IMG/VR virus record: IMGVR_UViG_3300046779_001651
Coordinates: 1 to 27,317 of that record
DNA from: a virus
Taxonomy: Duplodnaviria; Caudoviricetes
DNA: 27,317 nucleotides
Direction: 5' to 3' (one strand)
A model generated the notes under the pieces. That model made no database searches and had not been told where the DNA came from. It was given only the letters and a program-made list of their open reading frames with translations. Positions 25,958-27,317 of this stretch are shown here, in pieces; position 1 is the first letter of the stretch; each line of letters opens with the position of its first letter. A program made the translations under genes and the position numbers.

Positions 25958-26030
25958 TGCGCCAAGTAGGATTCGAACCTACAACACCTAGTTCCTAAGA
26001 CTAGTGCCTCTACCGTTGGGCCATTAGCGC
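25958..26030 (-). tRNA. tRNA-Leu(TAG), short variable loop, no encoded CCA
   Basis: Acceptor GCGCTAA/TTGGCGC, discriminator A, anticodon arm CTAGT-ctTAGga-ACTAG, T arm GTAGG-TTCGAAT-CCTAC. Confidence 0.92.
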
Positions 26031-26036
26031 GTGGAA

Positions 26037-26603
26037 CTACCTTACGCTACCTGGAACCCAAAGTACATCACCGCGTGAGCGATTTTCGTGGCGGGCAAGA
26101 ACGAACAAAAGATCTGACAGGCGATTTACGTACTTGACCGCAAGTGGGTTTATCGCGTCGCCGTGTTCCTCAATGGCAACCCAGATGCGAAGCTCAGCCT
26201 GGCGAACGCTCGTGCGTGCGATGTGCAGGAGTGACGAACTTGGGGTACCCGCAGGTAGAACAAATGAGTGAAGTGGCTCGAGCGTCTCATTAAAGAGATC
26301 CGTCATCTTCTCAAGGTAGTTGATGTGCTTATCGGTGATGCGAAGCTTAGGCTGGTCCGTCACTGGCGTCGCAAGATCGGCGCCAACGTCAAACAGGTCG
26401 TTTTGCACCTGTTGGATAACGGTGACGATCTCCTCATTTACCTCATAGCCAAGCGAGACAACGAAGCCGATGGTGGAATTTGCCTGGTCAATCGCCGCAA
26501 GTGCAAATATGCGGGAATCCGTCTTGGAGGTGCGGGATAGATCACCGAGTGACGTGGTTCCAGTGTCACCGGTCTTGGTGTATATGCGTGTTAGGTGTAC
26601 CAT
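26037..26603 (-). CDS. pduO: ATP:cob(I)alamin adenosyltransferase, PduO type
   Basis: IYTKTGD.GTT.L, QNDLFDVGADL, L.SFVLP, LH.AR..VR.AE and Y.NRLSDLLFVLAR signatures; ATG at 26603 (the 26612 start lies inside the tRNA). Confidence 0.92.
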   Translation of the reverse strand: MVHLTRIYTKTGDTGTTSLGDLSRTSKTDSRIFALAAIDQANSTIGFVVSLGYEVNEEIVTVIQQVQNDLFDVGADLATPVTDQPKLRITDKHINYLEKMTDLFNETLEPLHSFVLPAGTPSSSLLHIARTSVRQAELRIWVAIEEHGDAINPLAVKYVNRLSDLLFVLARHENRSRGDVLWVPGSVR

Positions 26604-26604
26604 G

Positions 26605-26677
26605 CTGGACACCCTGGACTCGAACCAGGAACCTACGAGTTAACAGCTCGTTGCTCTGCCTATTGAGCTAGTATCCA
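26605..26677 (-). tRNA. tRNA-Asn(GTT), no encoded CCA
   Basis: Acceptor TGGATAC/GTGTCCA, discriminator G, anticodon arm ACGAG-ctGTTaa-CTCGT, T arm CCTGG-TTCGAGT-CCAGG. Confidence 0.93.
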
Positions 26678-26682
26678 AAACT

Positions 26683-26710
26683 AATAAACCCCGCTTGCGC
26701 GAGGTTTATT
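26683..26710 (-). terminator. Terminator-like hairpin with GCAA tetraloop
   Basis: AATAAACCTCGC-GCAA-GCGGGGTTTATT followed by AGTTTT. Confidence 0.75.
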
Positions 26711-26896
26711 GTGAATGGGTGGATTGCCTTTTACCACCACGGTCTAGTCAGCAATACCAGTGTAGTACCGCTTTGAACCGACCACCAGTTTATCCCGCTA
26801 AGGATTAGCCGCTAAGCCCCAGTGTGCTATCTCGCCCCTTGCTGACAAAGAGCTTCGTATCAGCCACATTCCACTTAGCCCGTCGGCCTCGTGTTA
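26711..26896 (-). ncRNA. Candidate structured non-coding RNA of unknown family
   Basis: Bounded by a promoter and a terminator-like hairpin, no ORF in the track, several complementary segments. Confidence 0.6.
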
Positions 26897-26902
26897 GATA
26901 TA

Positions 26903-26931
26903 ACTATACGTGGTACTCCAAAGAAAGTAAA
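26903..26931 (-). promoter_or_regulatory. Sigma70-type promoter TTTACT-N17-TATAGT
   Basis: -35 at 26931-26926, -10 at 26908-26903, exact 17-nt spacer. Confidence 0.7.
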
Positions 26932-26935
26932 CTAC

Positions 26936-27316
26936 TTACGCAGATTCTTTTTTGAGAACGTTGATTGTGTATTGCTTGTTAAACTTACCCGCAACGATGT
27001 ATTGCTGTCTACGTCTCCACCTACGGGCTGCCTTCTTGATGGCAAACTGCGCACCAACGTGGGTAATCGCATATCCGTGGGTAACACGTCCCCAGCGAAG
27101 TGTGCCATCTGGGTAGCGCTTCTCGTGCGGGTAGTCAACGTCATAGAACCAGCCGGAGTAGCCCTTGTGTCTTTCAAGCTTAACGCGAAGTGTTCCCGGC
27201 TCAGGCATCGGCTCCTCGATAAGCTTTGGCACGATGGGTGCACGACCAAGCACGATGTCAATATCGTCCTCGTCGGTTAACGCGTTGGCGATGTGCTCAC
27301 GCATGGCATCAATCTC
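26936..27316 (-). CDS. Hypothetical protein, possibly 5'-truncated by the window edge
   Basis: ORF 26936..27304; the frame remains open to the right edge; same strand as all other genes. Confidence 0.6.
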   Translation of the reverse strand, partial: EIDAMREHIANALTDEDDIDIVLGRAPIVPKLIEEPMPEPGTLRVKLERHKGYSGWFYDVDYPHEKRYPDGTLRWGRVTHGYAITHVGAQFAIKKAARRWRRRQQYIVAGKFNKQYTINVLKKESA

Positions 27317-27317
27317 A

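Noticed and set aside
26604-26612. pduO start at 26612
   Set aside because: Lies in the tRNA-Asn acceptor stem; the family-like N-terminus begins at MVHLTRIYT.
26711-26896. Cobalamin riboswitch upstream of pduO
   Set aside because: No recognisable B12-box or conserved core motifs, and it is separated from pduO by a terminator-like hairpin and a tRNA.
26711-26896. tmRNA, RNase P RNA or a third tRNA
   Set aside because: No acceptor stem with T arm, no RNase P P4 consensus, and too short for tmRNA.
26891-27280. Plus-strand 129-aa ORF and alternative minus-strand 109-aa ORF
   Set aside because: Both overlap the more protein-like 26936..27304 frame; the plus-strand ORF also runs over the promoter.
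24722-27317. Large terminase upstream of the portal
   Set aside because: No Walker A/B ATPase or nuclease ORF in the window; presumably encoded elsewhere.

Overview
This window is the head-and-tail morphogenesis region of a tailed actinobacteriophage, with gene order and protein types resembling cluster B/Rosebush-type phages; essentially all genes are on the minus strand. In transcription order (right to left) it holds: a partial hypothetical gene; a candidate ~185-nt structured ncRNA between a promoter and a terminator-like hairpin; tRNA-Asn; a PduO-type cobalamin adenosyltransferase; tRNA-Leu; an HTH protein; two small proteins; and the portal. Next comes a head 'cargo' block (223 aa; a 2485-aa multi-effector protein with two ADP-ribosyltransferase-like domains, a kinase-like domain, WYL and SH3-like modules; 229 aa; a 1606-aa protease polyprotein). 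It ends with the major capsid hexamer- and pentamer-type proteins, major tail, adaptor, tail terminator, gp10-like protein, tail chaperones with a probable -1 frameshift, and the start of the tape measure gene. Most notable: (i) the large head proteins look like polyproteins punctuated by a shared [LMIV]-[TVIF]-A-[ASGDC] motif and RDxxG[RK]F tags; (ii) RNA structures at both capsid gene starts, including a perfect 15-bp stem enclosing the pentamer RBS; (iii) pduO placed almost flush between two tRNAs; (iv) the unassigned ncRNA. All calls come from reading motifs by eye; no searches were run.
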